From: an uncultured virus (IMG/VR IMGVR_UViG_3300021255_002352)
Lineage: Duplodnaviria > Heunggongvirae > Uroviricota > Caudoviricetes
DNA: 64,000 nt
Strand: one strand, 5' to 3'
Virus record (IMG/VR): IMGVR_UViG_3300021255_002352
Positions 19,087-27,649 of this stretch are shown piece by piece. Position 1 is the first letter of the stretch. Each line of letters opens with the position of its first letter. The position numbers were made by a program, and so were the translations under genes. The notes under the pieces were generated by a model. It had not been told where the DNA came from, made no database searches, and was given only the letters and a program-made list of their open reading frames with translations.

Positions 19087-19494
19087 TTAATAGCTCCTTA
19101 TAACCTCGTACACTGTTTCTTGGATTCTGTCTTTTTCATTTACTGGATTCCCAATTTCAGTAATAGATTTTAGAGTGTTTCCATCATAATAATTAAAGGC
19201 TTGATAATATGCTTCGCATTTTTCGTAAATATCGTCAGGAATTGAAAAATCCGATTCGTAATAGCTAACCGGATTATAGGTTCCTTCAAGATAATGTGGT
19301 TCGCAACGCCTAGTTTTTAGATAGAAGCAATTATCATCAAAACCGACAATCTCTCTTGGGCAATCAAATATCTGCGCATATACGTTTCTTTCAATTGCAT
19401 GTATCGGTGTTTTGACGAGTTTTAATCCCCAAATCTTTCCGTTTTTAATGTCTAACTTTAAATCTTCTTGTACTTCTTTTGGCATGTATTTCAC
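19087..19494 (-). CDS. Hypothetical protein
   Basis: 135-aa ORF with GTG start and GAGG RBS. Confidence 0.6.
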   Translation of the reverse strand: MKYMPKEVQEDLKLDIKNGKIWGLKLVKTPIHAIERNVYAQIFDCPREIVGFDDNCFYLKTRRCEPHYLEGTYNPVSYYESDFSIPDDIYEKCEAYYQAFNYYDGNTLKSITEIGNPVNEKDRIQETVYEVIRSY

Positions 19495-19497
19495 TTT

Positions 19498-20040
19498 TTA
19501 TTCCTCGTCTTTTTCTTCGTTATTAGAATTCTTGTAAATGACTTTTACTTCTCTTTCAGTGGTCGTGAGATTTTCTTTCAAAGTCTTTGCTAATTCAAGT
19601 TTCAGATTAGCCAATTCCTTTTCATGCTCTATCTCTTTTCTTAATTGCTCAGTTTTAGAACGCTCTTCCTTAGCTTTAGCATAGACGCCATCAGCTTTGG
19701 AAATATACTCTTGCAATTCTTTTCGAATTTTAGCTTCAATAGCCGGAGTAATCTCGTTTTGATAAGCAAGTTTTGTTTGCTGAAGCTTATGGCGTTCTTC
19801 TCTTACTAAAGCCCTAGTTCCTTCCACTTCAGCATTAGCTTTTTGAGCTTTCGCAGCTGCTTCTTCGGAATCTAACTTTCTCATTCTGAGACGTTCTTCC
19901 TCTTCTTTCATGCGAATGATTTTTTCTTCAGGAGTGTTGTAGTCGTCATACTTCTTCTGAAGTAAGGCACCTGCACCTGAACCTAAACCGAAAAAACTTA
20001 ATGCAATAATGATTTGTTCTTTTGTAATTTTGAATTCCAT
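19498..20040 (-). CDS. Membrane-anchored coiled-coil protein
   Basis: Start moved to MEFKITK after AAAGGA; TM segment then E/K-rich coil. Confidence 0.65.
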   Translation of the reverse strand: MEFKITKEQIIIALSFFGLGSGAGALLQKKYDDYNTPEEKIIRMKEEEERLRMRKLDSEEAAAKAQKANAEVEGTRALVREERHKLQQTKLAYQNEITPAIEAKIRKELQEYISKADGVYAKAKEERSKTEQLRKEIEHEKELANLKLELAKTLKENLTTTEREVKVIYKNSNNEEKDEE

Positions 20041-20280
20041 AATTATTTCCTTTCTTAATTTGTAAAAAATAAAGGAGAAGAGCCTATGTGTATAGACCCT
20101 CTCCTTGCTGCGGTTTGAGAAATAAGAGGTATGATTCCGCAGGCTAACTCGATACACCATCCTTTACATTTTTATCTATGTAAAAGGCTTGTGCCCTGAT
20201 TAGCTTGTTTTTCATACTCATATATTTAATCAACCCCCTTTCAATAAAGGCAATGAAAAAAACGCGAAAAATAAAGAGCC

Positions 20281-20475
20281 TTATTCAGACTCTTTTTCTG
20301 CTTCATTAATGATTCGTTCACAAGCATCCGCTTGGCCATATTGAACTCCAGCATTAAACGAATGGTTAACAATCGATCCGATTCCTAAACCACCAATAAA
20401 TGCTAAAGCTAGCTTTTTTAAATTAGCGTTTCTTTTAATACTTGCAAACTCCTTGTTAATGAATTCTCTTGTCAT
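20281..20475 (-). CDS. Cassette gene, ends KESE*
   Basis: RBS and stop both supplied by repeats. Confidence 0.7.
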   Translation of the reverse strand: MTREFINKEFASIKRNANLKKLALAFIGGLGIGSIVNHSFNAGVQYGQADACERIINEAEKESE

Positions 20476-20518
20476 ATAAAATCACCTCCATAATAATGTA
20501 TGAAAAAATAAAGAGTCG

Positions 20519-20599
20519 TTATGAATGGCTCCTTTCAAGTCCACTCATACCGACCCATAAGATCATGCAAATGACCAATGTAACAATTGTTCTAATCAT
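20519..20599 (-). CDS. Cassette micro-gene, 26-aa hydrophobic peptide (MIRTIVTLVICMILWVGMSGLERSHS)
   Basis: Translated by hand; GAGG RBS; stop inside the hairpin. Confidence 0.55.
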   Translation of the reverse strand: MIRTIVTLVICMILWVGMSGLERSHS

Positions 20600-20684
20600 T
20601 TCTTCATACCTCTTTTCCATTAAAGGGCATGAAAAAAACGCGAAAGAAAAAAAATAAAGGATCATGATTGATCCAATATTTTTG

Positions 20685-20903
20685 CTATGAATTAGTTATA
20701 ACGTTTTTAATTATCCATAATAGCCAAAATGGCCATAGCCATAATATTGCTGACATTCCAAATGTAAGCATAAGTACACCGCTAATCTTTTCCCAAATAT
20801 CCATTTTTGGATCATAGATTGTATCATGAATTGTGCCTATGCTATTTGAAAATATCATCACACATACCATAGCAATAATACCAATTAAAATATAAACTTT
20901 CAT
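20685..20903 (-). CDS. Cassette gene, two-TM protein
   Basis: Start MKVYIL after GGAGG. Confidence 0.7.
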   Translation of the reverse strand: MKVYILIGIIAMVCVMIFSNSIGTIHDTIYDPKMDIWEKISGVLMLTFGMSAILWLWPFWLLWIIKNVITNS

Positions 20904-20945
20904 AGTTCTATACCTCCATAACAGAGATTGAAAAAACAAAGAGCC

Positions 20946-21191
20946 TTATTCAGACTCTTTCATGCTCAGGTACATAATACCTGCTAAGATCAAAGTTAAT
21001 GGCCAGCAAATACTCATCATTGCAAATACTAGTTGATACATCAATAGCAATCCTGGAATACTTATTTTGAAGCAATCAATGCTTTTAATTGCATTGATTA
21101 ATTCTTCACTAAGTTCGTCTTCCATAATTACCAATATAACTACTCCAGCAAACATAATAAATGCTATAAACCAATAAATAAATCTAAACAT
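20946..21191 (-). CDS. Cassette gene, two-TM protein, ends KESE*
   Basis: Repeat-derived RBS and stop. Confidence 0.7.
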   Translation of the reverse strand: MFRFIYWFIAFIMFAGVVILVIMEDELSEELINAIKSIDCFKISIPGLLLMYQLVFAMMSICWPLTLILAGIMYLSMKESE

Positions 21192-21244
21192 AATTATTTA
21201 CCTCCATAATAGAGGATGGTTTTATCGCGAAAGAAAAAGAGAGT

Positions 21245-21388
21245 TTACAATTCACTCTCTTCTCTTAGCATTTCAATATACTCCTTTACAAATTCTTTAG
21301 CTTCGTTCATTGAAATCCGAATCGCTACCAAATATCCAACGGTAGCAAATACAGTAATAATTAAAGCTTTTAAAATGAATAATAACAT
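21245..21388 (-). CDS. Cassette gene, 47-aa TM protein (absent from the ORF track)
   Basis: MLLFILKALIITVFATVGYLVAIR...EESEL*. Confidence 0.65.
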   Translation of the reverse strand: MLLFILKALIITVFATVGYLVAIRISMNEAKEFVKEYIEMLREESEL

Positions 21389-21430
21389 ATTGATTTACCT
21401 CCATAATAGAACATGAAAAAGAAAAGAGTA

Positions 21431-21640
21431 TTAGTCTCTATTTAAGACAAATACTATCTTTTCATCGATGATTTTACCAGCATCATCAAGCTGAAGATCG
21501 ACTCGTTCCATAATATAGTCAAATCCCTTTATGGCTTCGTCTTCAATCTCCGGCCAATCATAAGCTATGATCTTTCCTAATCCGATCAAGCTGATAACTG
21601 ACACAGCAAATAAGCAAACTAAACCAATAAATTTCTTCAT
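21431..21640 (-). CDS. Cassette gene, N-terminal TM or signal peptide
   Basis: Repeat-flanked ORF. Confidence 0.65.
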   Translation of the reverse strand: MKKFIGLVCLFAVSVISLIGLGKIIAYDWPEIEDEAIKGFDYIMERVDLQLDDAGKIIDEKIVFVLNRD

Positions 21641-21713
21641 GTTCTATTACCTCTTTTCTTAATCTTTCTCACTAAAGAGGCTGTAATTTACGCGAACAAA
21701 AAGAAAAGAGCGA

Positions 21714-21914
21714 CTACATTAATCGCTCAATCTCTGGATTGTAAACCTTGAAAAATAATTTCAAGCTAATAATAGATGATATCAGTGTAAGCATTGCATA
21801 TAAGTTAGTAATATCATAATATAGCATCAAAATTGATACTAACAATACGCCTAATAATAACATCATTGTAATAAATCCACTGATTAAGTGTGTTATTCTT
21901 TTAATTTTTTTCAT
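21714..21914 (-). CDS. Cassette gene, two-TM protein
   Basis: Repeat-flanked ORF. Confidence 0.65.
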   Translation of the reverse strand: MKKIKRITHLISGFITMMLLLGVLLVSILMLYYDITNLYAMLTLISSIISLKLFFKVYNPEIERLM

Positions 21915-21995
21915 TGTATTTACCTCTCATTAAAGAGCCAGAAATAAAAACGAAAAAATAAAGAGCAATAAAAGCTCTTTACTATTTTGAAATAT

Positions 21996-22172
21996 TTACT
22001 TTTTAAATTGAGATTTTAGAGAACTCCATTTTGACTTAATCCAATTTCCAATGCTTTTAATTGTATTACCATCGTTGATTGTGCAATCAACAATCGCACC
22101 AAACGTAAACCATCTTGTCAGTAAATTAAGCCATTGTCTAATTTCTCTAGATCTTTCAATATTCTTTTTCAT
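21996..22172 (-). CDS. Cassette gene, 58 aa (absent from the ORF track)
   Basis: MKKNIERSREIRQWLNLL...; GAGGAGG RBS. Confidence 0.6.
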   Translation of the reverse strand: MKKNIERSREIRQWLNLLTRWFTFGAIVDCTINDGNTIKSIGNWIKSKWSSLKSQFKK

Positions 22173-22223
22173 AAATATTCCTCCTCATAATAGGAACTGA
22201 TCTTTACACGAAAACTAAAAGAG

Positions 22224-22481
22224 CTATTCTAAGCTCTTTTTTGATGCTTCAATCAACTCTTTTAGTTTTTCATTTTCTTTAGAAAGAATTTCATTCTGTT
22301 TAAGAATATCATCTACTGCTAGTCTAATTCCTGTTAAGCCGCTCATAGATTCACATTCAATCCCATCAACATATGTATCAATTTCTTCGATTGCATGATG
22401 AAGTTTTAAATTCTGAATCTTCTGATACAAACCATAAGTAATTGAACCAACAGTAATTGTAGATAAAATCTTATTTTTCAT
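22224..22481 (-). CDS. Cassette gene, hypothetical
   Basis: Repeat-flanked; stop in the hairpin loop. Confidence 0.7.
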   Translation of the reverse strand: MKNKILSTITVGSITYGLYQKIQNLKLHHAIEEIDTYVDGIECESMSGLTGIRLAVDDILKQNEILSKENEKLKELIEASKKSLE

Positions 22482-22545
22482 AAATTTTTCCTCCTCATAA
22501 TAGAACCGGAAAAATAAAAGAAGAGAGAATGATCCCTCATCCGGT

Positions 22546-22722
22546 TTAACCTTCTAGCAAAATAACCTGGATAATATCATCCTTCTCATTTGGATCAATA
22601 TCGTTATACTTACAATATGAGTCAATAAATTCATCAGTTGTATAGTCATCTGTGAACATTCCTAAATACTTAGGAACATCACTATCCAAATCGACTCTAA
22701 GTACTAAGTAAATATCCATCAT
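22546..22722 (-). CDS. Cassette gene, 58-aa acidic protein (absent from the ORF track)
   Basis: MMDIYLVLRVDLDSDVPKYLG...; GGAGG RBS. Confidence 0.6.
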   Translation of the reverse strand: MMDIYLVLRVDLDSDVPKYLGMFTDDYTTDEFIDSYCKYNDIDPNEKDDIIQVILLEG

Positions 22723-22757
22723 TAATCCTCCTTTTCATAAAAGAATACGAAAAATAA

Positions 22758-22857
22758 GAGAAGAAGTTCGATGCGCGGAGTTGAACCGCCTTCGCTCCAT
22801 AGCATGATCACCGGATCTCTCACACGTCTAACCGTGCACTCTCGTAGTCCTCTTCTC
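22758..22857 (-). ncRNA. Non-coding cassette with a tRNA-like T-arm
   Basis: GAGAAGAGG/CTTCTTCTC closing stem; GCGG-TTCAACT-CCGC T-stem-loop; sits between repeats 22736 and 22857. Confidence 0.55.
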
Positions 22858-22902
22858 ATAAAAGAATGAGAAAAATAAAAGAAAGAGTCCGAAGACTCTA
22901 GC

Positions 22903-23298
22903 TTAATCAATTACGCCATCTGAGTAATGTTCAAGAAGCACCATCGTAGTGTCATAATCATATTTCTTTCCATCAACCTTAAATGTGAAAATATCATCCG
23001 GTTCAAAATCAGCGAATCCTCCTTTGAATTCGTCTAAACTGAACGAACGTGTTTTCCATTCAGAGTTATGTTCTCCAAATACGAATACTAACTTGATAGT
23101 ATACTTTCCGTCAAATCCTCTAACAACGTCGTAATTCATTGTTACGCCATCTCCTTCGACATCTTTCTTCAAGTCATCGAGATCTGAAATAATATCATAA
23201 ACTTCAAAATCTTCTGCTTTATACGTCTTCATAGACGTGCATCCACTTGCACCTAATAAAACACATAAAACCATTAAAATTGTGAACATTCTTTTCAT
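22903..23298 (-). CDS. Cassette gene, putative lipoprotein
   Basis: Signal peptide MKRMFTILMVLCVLLGASG-C, lipobox-like. Confidence 0.7.
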   Translation of the reverse strand: MKRMFTILMVLCVLLGASGCTSMKTYKAEDFEVYDIISDLDDLKKDVEGDGVTMNYDVVRGFDGKYTIKLVFVFGEHNSEWKTRSFSLDEFKGGFADFEPDDIFTFKVDGKKYDYDTTMVLLEHYSDGVID

Positions 23299-23362
23299 TT
23301 CTTTCATACCTCCTATGTTCATAAAAATGCATGAAAAATATGCGAAAAATAAAAGAGCTTGT

Positions 23363-23569
23363 TTAGCTCTTATAGAATGATTTATAGCTTATTTGATCGT
23401 CAAAATCGCTGATGTGAATATGCTGCTTAAGATCAATATCTTTAAATGCTATTCCAAGTATTTTTTCAAAACATTGATCGGTCAAACCTAATATCCGCTT
23501 AGCCTTGTCATATAAGCTTTCTTTATTCTTCTTCCTAATAATGATCTTTTCTAAACTTTTGTTTCTCAT
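23363..23569 (-). CDS. Cassette gene, hypothetical
   Basis: Flanked by identical 23-bp hairpins. Confidence 0.65.
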   Translation of the reverse strand: MRNKSLEKIIIRKKNKESLYDKAKRILGLTDQCFEKILGIAFKDIDLKQHIHISDFDDQISYKSFYKS

Positions 23570-23621
23570 TATTTTTCCTCCTCACAATAGAATCAGAAAA
23601 AGAAAAGAGCTTGTTTAGCTC

Positions 23622-23837
23622 TTATTCAAGAATATACAAATTACCAGGAAGTTCAATCTTAGCTTTTAAAGCAAGATTATGTTTTTTAATCTTTTTATAT
23701 TGAAACATTAAATTTGACCTTGCTTTATCTTCCGATTCTGCTAAAGTTCCTCCTTCCCAATAAGGATTAATTATATTCCCAAATTGAGTAACAGCTCCTT
23801 CATATCTGTAAAGAAATCTAGGTTTTTCTTCCTTCAT
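23622..23837 (-). CDS. Cassette gene, conserved phage hypothetical
   Basis: YRYEGAVTQFG...WEGGTLAESEDKARSNL.FQYK. Confidence 0.7.
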   Translation of the reverse strand: MKEEKPRFLYRYEGAVTQFGNIINPYWEGGTLAESEDKARSNLMFQYKKIKKHNLALKAKIELPGNLYILE

Positions 23838-23879
23838 TTTCTTTACCTCCTCATAAGAGAGTGAGAAAAATAAAAGAGC

Positions 23880-24089
23880 TTAATCAAGCTCTTCTCCATC
23901 AGGATTCTTACCATTTGTCACGTTATTCATCCTTCTAACAGTTTCCTTATTTAGAACAAACGAAACGGAGCTATAGCGAATAATATCCCAAATAAATCTG
24001 CATTTATCTTTGAAACACATTCCTCCTAATTCAACTCTAAGATCCTTGTTCTTGTTTACTTCATACTGAATATAATGATTGTCTTCCAT
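23880..24089 (-). CDS. Cassette gene, paralog of 28697-28897
   Basis: MEDNHYIQY..NKNKDLRVELGGMCFKDK. Confidence 0.7.
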   Translation of the reverse strand: MEDNHYIQYEVNKNKDLRVELGGMCFKDKCRFIWDIIRYSSVSFVLNKETVRRMNNVTNGKNPDGEELD

Positions 24090-24121
24090 AATAAGACCTC
24101 CTTCATTAAAGACTTTGTGCT

Positions 24122-24538
24122 TTACGCGATATCTTTCTTTTTCTGATCCAGAATGTAAAAGAATCGTCTATATAGCGTATAAAACATATCTTTTCCGCAA
24201 GGTATTCCATCATGCATTCTAAAATATGTATATGTTAGTCCTTGAGTAACGGCTTTAAAAATATAATCACCAATTACCGGATCGGTCATATCACAGCATT
24301 CTCTGATAAGATCCATTTGATCTAAATACTCCTGACGTACTTTTATGCTTTCGTCCGTGTACAAAACATCATCAGACTTTACATGAATTATCCCACCTGG
24401 AATTTTTTCACATAAATCATTGTATTTTCTTTTGAACTCTGGATATTGCAAACAGAAATGCTTTAATTCGTAATATCGATGTTTTGAAATATAATATGGA
24501 TTAGATTTTGAAATCTCAGATCTTATTACTGTTCCCAT
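24122..24538 (-). CDS. Conserved phage protein, possible RinA/ArpU-like transcriptional activator
   Basis: ISKHRYYELKHFCLQY...IPCGKDMFY..YRRFFY; function inferred. Confidence 0.5.
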   Translation of the reverse strand: MGTVIRSEISKSNPYYISKHRYYELKHFCLQYPEFKRKYNDLCEKIPGGIIHVKSDDVLYTDESIKVRQEYLDQMDLIRECCDMTDPVIGDYIFKAVTQGLTYTYFRMHDGIPCGKDMFYTLYRRFFYILDQKKKDIA

Positions 24539-24770
24539 CGTACAAATATCCTGTTTCCTCGTATAGTTTTCTTGGAGAAATATAATAATTTATTCTCCCC
24601 TTCTTTGAACTGATTTCCCTAGTTGATGTAACTTGTTCGCCATTCCTAGTGGCAAAGCCGATTTGTAACCATCCAGATATCAATCCAGCACGAATCCAAC
24701 TAGGATCTTTTTTATACACCTTAGCCGCAACTGATACAGGAACAGAACGTTCCAAATTATAGATAGACAT
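24516..24770 (-). CDS. Putative excisionase-like winged-helix DNA-binding protein
   Basis: VPVSVAAKVYKKDPSWIRAGL...YYISP. Confidence 0.5.
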   Translation of the reverse strand: MSIYNLERSVPVSVAAKVYKKDPSWIRAGLISGWLQIGFATRNGEQVTSTREISSKKGRINYYISPRKLYEETGYLYDGNSNKI

Positions 24771-24898
24771 ATATACCTCCTTTTCTATCTAATAATTCAA
24801 TGTTAATTTTTAATTCTGTCACCTATGTCCGTAATTGTAAATCGCAAAAACAAAAGAGCATGATAATAAAAAAGAAAAGGGATATAAATCCCTCTGCA

Positions 24899-25048
24899 TT
24901 AGCCAAAATAGCTAATTAATGATCTCAGATAAGTCTCATCCTTCTCCATGTAATCGGATGCTTCTTCCAATGTAAAGCCACCCTCTTTCATAAGAGCTCT
25001 CAGTAATCTGTAATCCGAATAAGCAATTCTGTCTAAATTTGTTTTCAT
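24899..25048 (-). CDS. Cassette gene, small HTH-like protein
   Basis: MKTNLDRI...GFTLEEASDYMEKDETYLRSL. Confidence 0.55.
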   Translation of the reverse strand: MKTNLDRIAYSDYRLLRALMKEGGFTLEEASDYMEKDETYLRSLISYFG

Positions 25049-25192
25049 TATTATTACCTCTTTTCCTTCATTAAAGAGGCTGAAAAAAACGCGAATTAAA
25101 TTCAAGTGGAACGAATCATTTTGAAATTTCAAGACTTGTTATTACATATTTTTAAAGAGATAATAACTATACAAATTATGAGGAGAAAAATC

Positions 25193-25372
25193 ATGCAAGA
25201 ATTAGATTTCAGCAACGCAGATCCAGCTGATCTCGCTGAGTACACGGACATCACGAATCAAATTGAGTCACTTGGACCAGATGACAAGGATGAGTTAAGA
25301 AAGCTCCTAAAACGCAGAGCAAAGGTAATGAGCCGCATATTAGGAGCGAACGTGCATTCTGTAGTTGACTAA
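25193..25372 (+). CDS. Only plus-strand gene inside the array, 59 aa
   Basis: TTATGAGGAG RBS near 25176-25185; stop runs into a shared hairpin. Confidence 0.6.
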   Translation: MQELDFSNADPADLAEYTDITNQIESLGPDDKDELRKLLKRRAKVMSRILGANVHSVVD

Positions 25373-25402
25373 AAAGAAGAGCCCTTGATAGGCTCTTTTA
25401 TT
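25373..25402. terminator. Bidirectional intrinsic terminator
   Basis: AAAAGAAGAGCC-cttgata-GGCTCTTTTATTT between convergent genes. Confidence 0.7.
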
Positions 25403-25701
25403 TAGAATTCGAGTACAGATTCTTTTCCAACAATATATCCGTACTTTATATTTCCAAATAATTTAATCCTCTCTAAAATGAGCCCTCTTTTTGTGAATTC
25501 CTTCACAAGATCTTCAAAATTCTTGTCATAAAGAAGAATATCCCATGCATTTTTGATTTCTAAAGTCTCCCATGCGATTAAATACTTATTGTCGTCAATA
25601 AATCCTATTGGCTTCGCTTCCAATGAATTTTCCACCAGAAATTTGACGAAATCGTTTGAAGCTTCAGATTCAACATAAAATGTGTAATTCTTTTCTTCCA
25701 T
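25402..25701 (-). CDS. Cassette gene, hypothetical
   Basis: Start MEEKNY after GAGGAGG. Confidence 0.7.
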   Translation of the reverse strand: MEEKNYTFYVESEASNDFVKFLVENSLEAKPIGFIDDNKYLIAWETLEIKNAWDILLYDKNFEDLVKEFTKRGLILERIKLFGNIKYGYIVGKESVLEF

Positions 25702-25789
25702 TTTGAATTCCTCCTCATAAAACAAAATGATTTTATCGCGTATACCGGTAACCTCTGTACGAAAAATAAAAGAGTCTTATTCGGACTCT

Positions 25790-25972
25790 TTATCGCTTGC
25801 TAAGTAAATACTTTGTTAATAAGGTTACACCTACGCCAAATATACAACCAATAAAAAAGTTTCCTTGACAGTTAAGTTCTGTCATTTTATCAATTCTATT
25901 AAGTTGCTCTTCAGTATAAGTTTTCTTTTCCTCATCATTTAGTTTTACTCTAACAGTAATAAAGTTTTTCAT
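25790..25972 (-). CDS. Cassette gene with C-terminal TM
   Basis: Flanked by 76-bp near-identical direct repeats. Confidence 0.65.
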   Translation of the reverse strand: MKNFITVRVKLNDEEKKTYTEEQLNRIDKMTELNCQGNFFIGCIFGVGVTLLTKYLLSKR

Positions 25973-26047
25973 ATATAAACTCCTTTCATAAAACAGCTTG
26001 ATTTTATCGCGTATACAGGTAACCTCTGTACGAAAAATAAAAGAGCC

Positions 26048-26305
26048 TTATTCGGACTCTTTTGATTCTGCAATTCGCTTCTTTTCCAATTCAAGATCAT
26101 GAATACAGCGTCTCACATGTGACTCAGGAAGATCGAGTTTTTCTGCAATTTGGATAGGTGTTAAACCCATATCCGAATATGCTTCGATTTTACCCAATCT
26201 TCTATTTCGTCCAACTTGATACGCCAAATGATTCTTAAACCAAGCGATCTGTTCGTCTAAAGTTTTTCCTTCTAAAACATCTTTCATTCTGATAATTCCA
26301 GCCAT
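26048..26305 (-). CDS. Cassette gene, HTH protein (sigma region 4-like), ends KESE*
   Basis: MGLTPIQIAEKLDLPESHVRRCI. Confidence 0.7.
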   Translation of the reverse strand: MAGIIRMKDVLEGKTLDEQIAWFKNHLAYQVGRNRRLGKIEAYSDMGLTPIQIAEKLDLPESHVRRCIHDLELEKKRIAESKESE

Positions 26306-26458
26306 ATAAAAATGACCTCCTTTCATTAAAGGCTACGAAAAATAAAAGAGACTGATGGCATTAACTAAACCGGACTATGGGCCAACTCTTTGGCTTGCAA
26401 GTTAAATTTTATAATAACCATTTTGTCTCCATTAAAGAACATGAAAAATAAAAGAGTC

Positions 26459-26674
26459 TTATTCGGACTCCTTATTCTTTTGGTTCTTATTCTTTACAAG
26501 TTCATAGCCAATAAGACATACTGCAAATGCTGATCCAATCAGTATTCCATGTTTAAATCCTTCATCATATGCATCCATTAAAGCTGGATACACAAAATCC
26601 GGATTAAAATCAACGTATGGATCACATAAACTGCTAAATATTTCATTAACGGTTTTTGCTCTTGGTGTAAGCAT
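26459..26674 (-). CDS. Cassette gene with C-terminal TM, ends KESE*
   Basis: Repeat-flanked. Confidence 0.65.
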   Translation of the reverse strand: MLTPRAKTVNEIFSSLCDPYVDFNPDFVYPALMDAYDEGFKHGILIGSAFAVCLIGYELVKNKNQKNKESE

Positions 26675-26712
26675 AAAAACCCTCCTTTCCATTAAAGACT
26701 AAGAAAAATAAA

Positions 26713-26782
26713 AGCGTTTGAATAATTCTAATTGATCTCTCCCCAATTCCCATATAAATGGGAGTCTAATTAGAATAACGCT
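26713..26782 (-). ncRNA. Non-coding cassette, long hairpin
   Basis: AGCGTT/AACGCT, ATTCTAATT/AATTAGAAT and TCCCAT/ATGGGA nested stems; no SD after repeat 26819. Confidence 0.45.
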
Positions 26783-26858
26783 AAATATTTAACTAAACAG
26801 TATGGTTCTGTTTTGTTTCATAATACAATCTGAAAAATACGCGAAAAAATAAAAGAGA

Positions 26859-27179
26859 CTATTTGCTAGTCTCCAAAGGTTTGTAGAATTTTTCTGCATC
26901 GCATTCCAATTCAAATTTTCCTTCTGATGACATCTTATATATTTCATAGACTTCATTTTCTGGTAATCCTAAATGATCCAGCCAGTCTACAAAATAGCTT
27001 CTATGATATAGACCTTTTGGATTCTTAACTTTAGCATAACACCCACTAAAATCGCCTACTCTATTTGCCCAAGATGCAACATACCTTGAATACGGAATTC
27101 CTTGTGATGAGATTTTATTCTCGTTCCAATTCTCGGGAATACCTCCAATAGTAAACTCTCTTATTTCAATATTACTCAT
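26859..27179 (-). CDS. Cassette gene, conserved phage hypothetical
   Basis: IPYSRYVASW...FVDWL..LGL....GKFELE. Confidence 0.7.
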   Translation of the reverse strand: MSNIEIREFTIGGIPENWNENKISSQGIPYSRYVASWANRVGDFSGCYAKVKNPKGLYHRSYFVDWLDHLGLPENEVYEIYKMSSEGKFELECDAEKFYKPLETSK

Positions 27180-27223
27180 TATGTAATACCTCCTCATAAT
27201 AGAATGAGAAAAATAAAAGAGTC

Positions 27224-27400
27224 TTATTCAGACTCTGATACATGAAAATACTGGCATAATTCATGATTAGCTTTTCTAGACTTGTATGACTTGATAATCG
27301 GTGACCATCGTTTAGCAATGCTCTTCATAGCGTCGTACATTACTTTAATAGCCATCGTTTCAACAGTTTCCTCTACAAATTCATTATCATTTTTAATCAT
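27224..27400 (-). CDS. Cassette gene, ends SESE*
   Basis: Start MIKNDNEF after the repeat RBS. Confidence 0.6.
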   Translation of the reverse strand: MIKNDNEFVEETVETMAIKVMYDAMKSIAKRWSPIIKSYKSRKANHELCQYFHVSESE

Positions 27401-27446
27401 AAATGTTTCCTCTCTTTCATAATAGAATAGGAAAAATAAAAGAGCC

Positions 27447-27584
27447 TTATTTAGGCTCCATGCTGTTTTTGACGAGATGCCAATCTTTGTCATCCCATAA
27501 TCTTTCAAAAGTCTCTAAATCATCAGAATCAACAGTAACCTTTTCATCTGTGATTTCATTTTGAAATACTATAGTAAAACCCAT
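27447..27584 (-). CDS. Cassette gene, 45-aa acidic protein (absent from the ORF track)
   Basis: MGFTIVFQNEITDEKVTVDSDD...; GGAGG RBS; stop in the hairpin loop. Confidence 0.65.
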   Translation of the reverse strand: MGFTIVFQNEITDEKVTVDSDDLETFERLWDDKDWHLVKNSMEPK

Positions 27585-27649
27585 TTTGCATTTCCTCCTT
27601 CATTAAAGAGTGAGAAAAATAAAAGAGTTTGAATAAACTCAAGCTCTTT

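Noticed and set aside
22758..22857. Canonical tRNA gene
   Set aside because: Only the T-arm is convincing; the acceptor stem is bulged and there is no clear anticodon arm or CCA, so it is kept as tRNA-like
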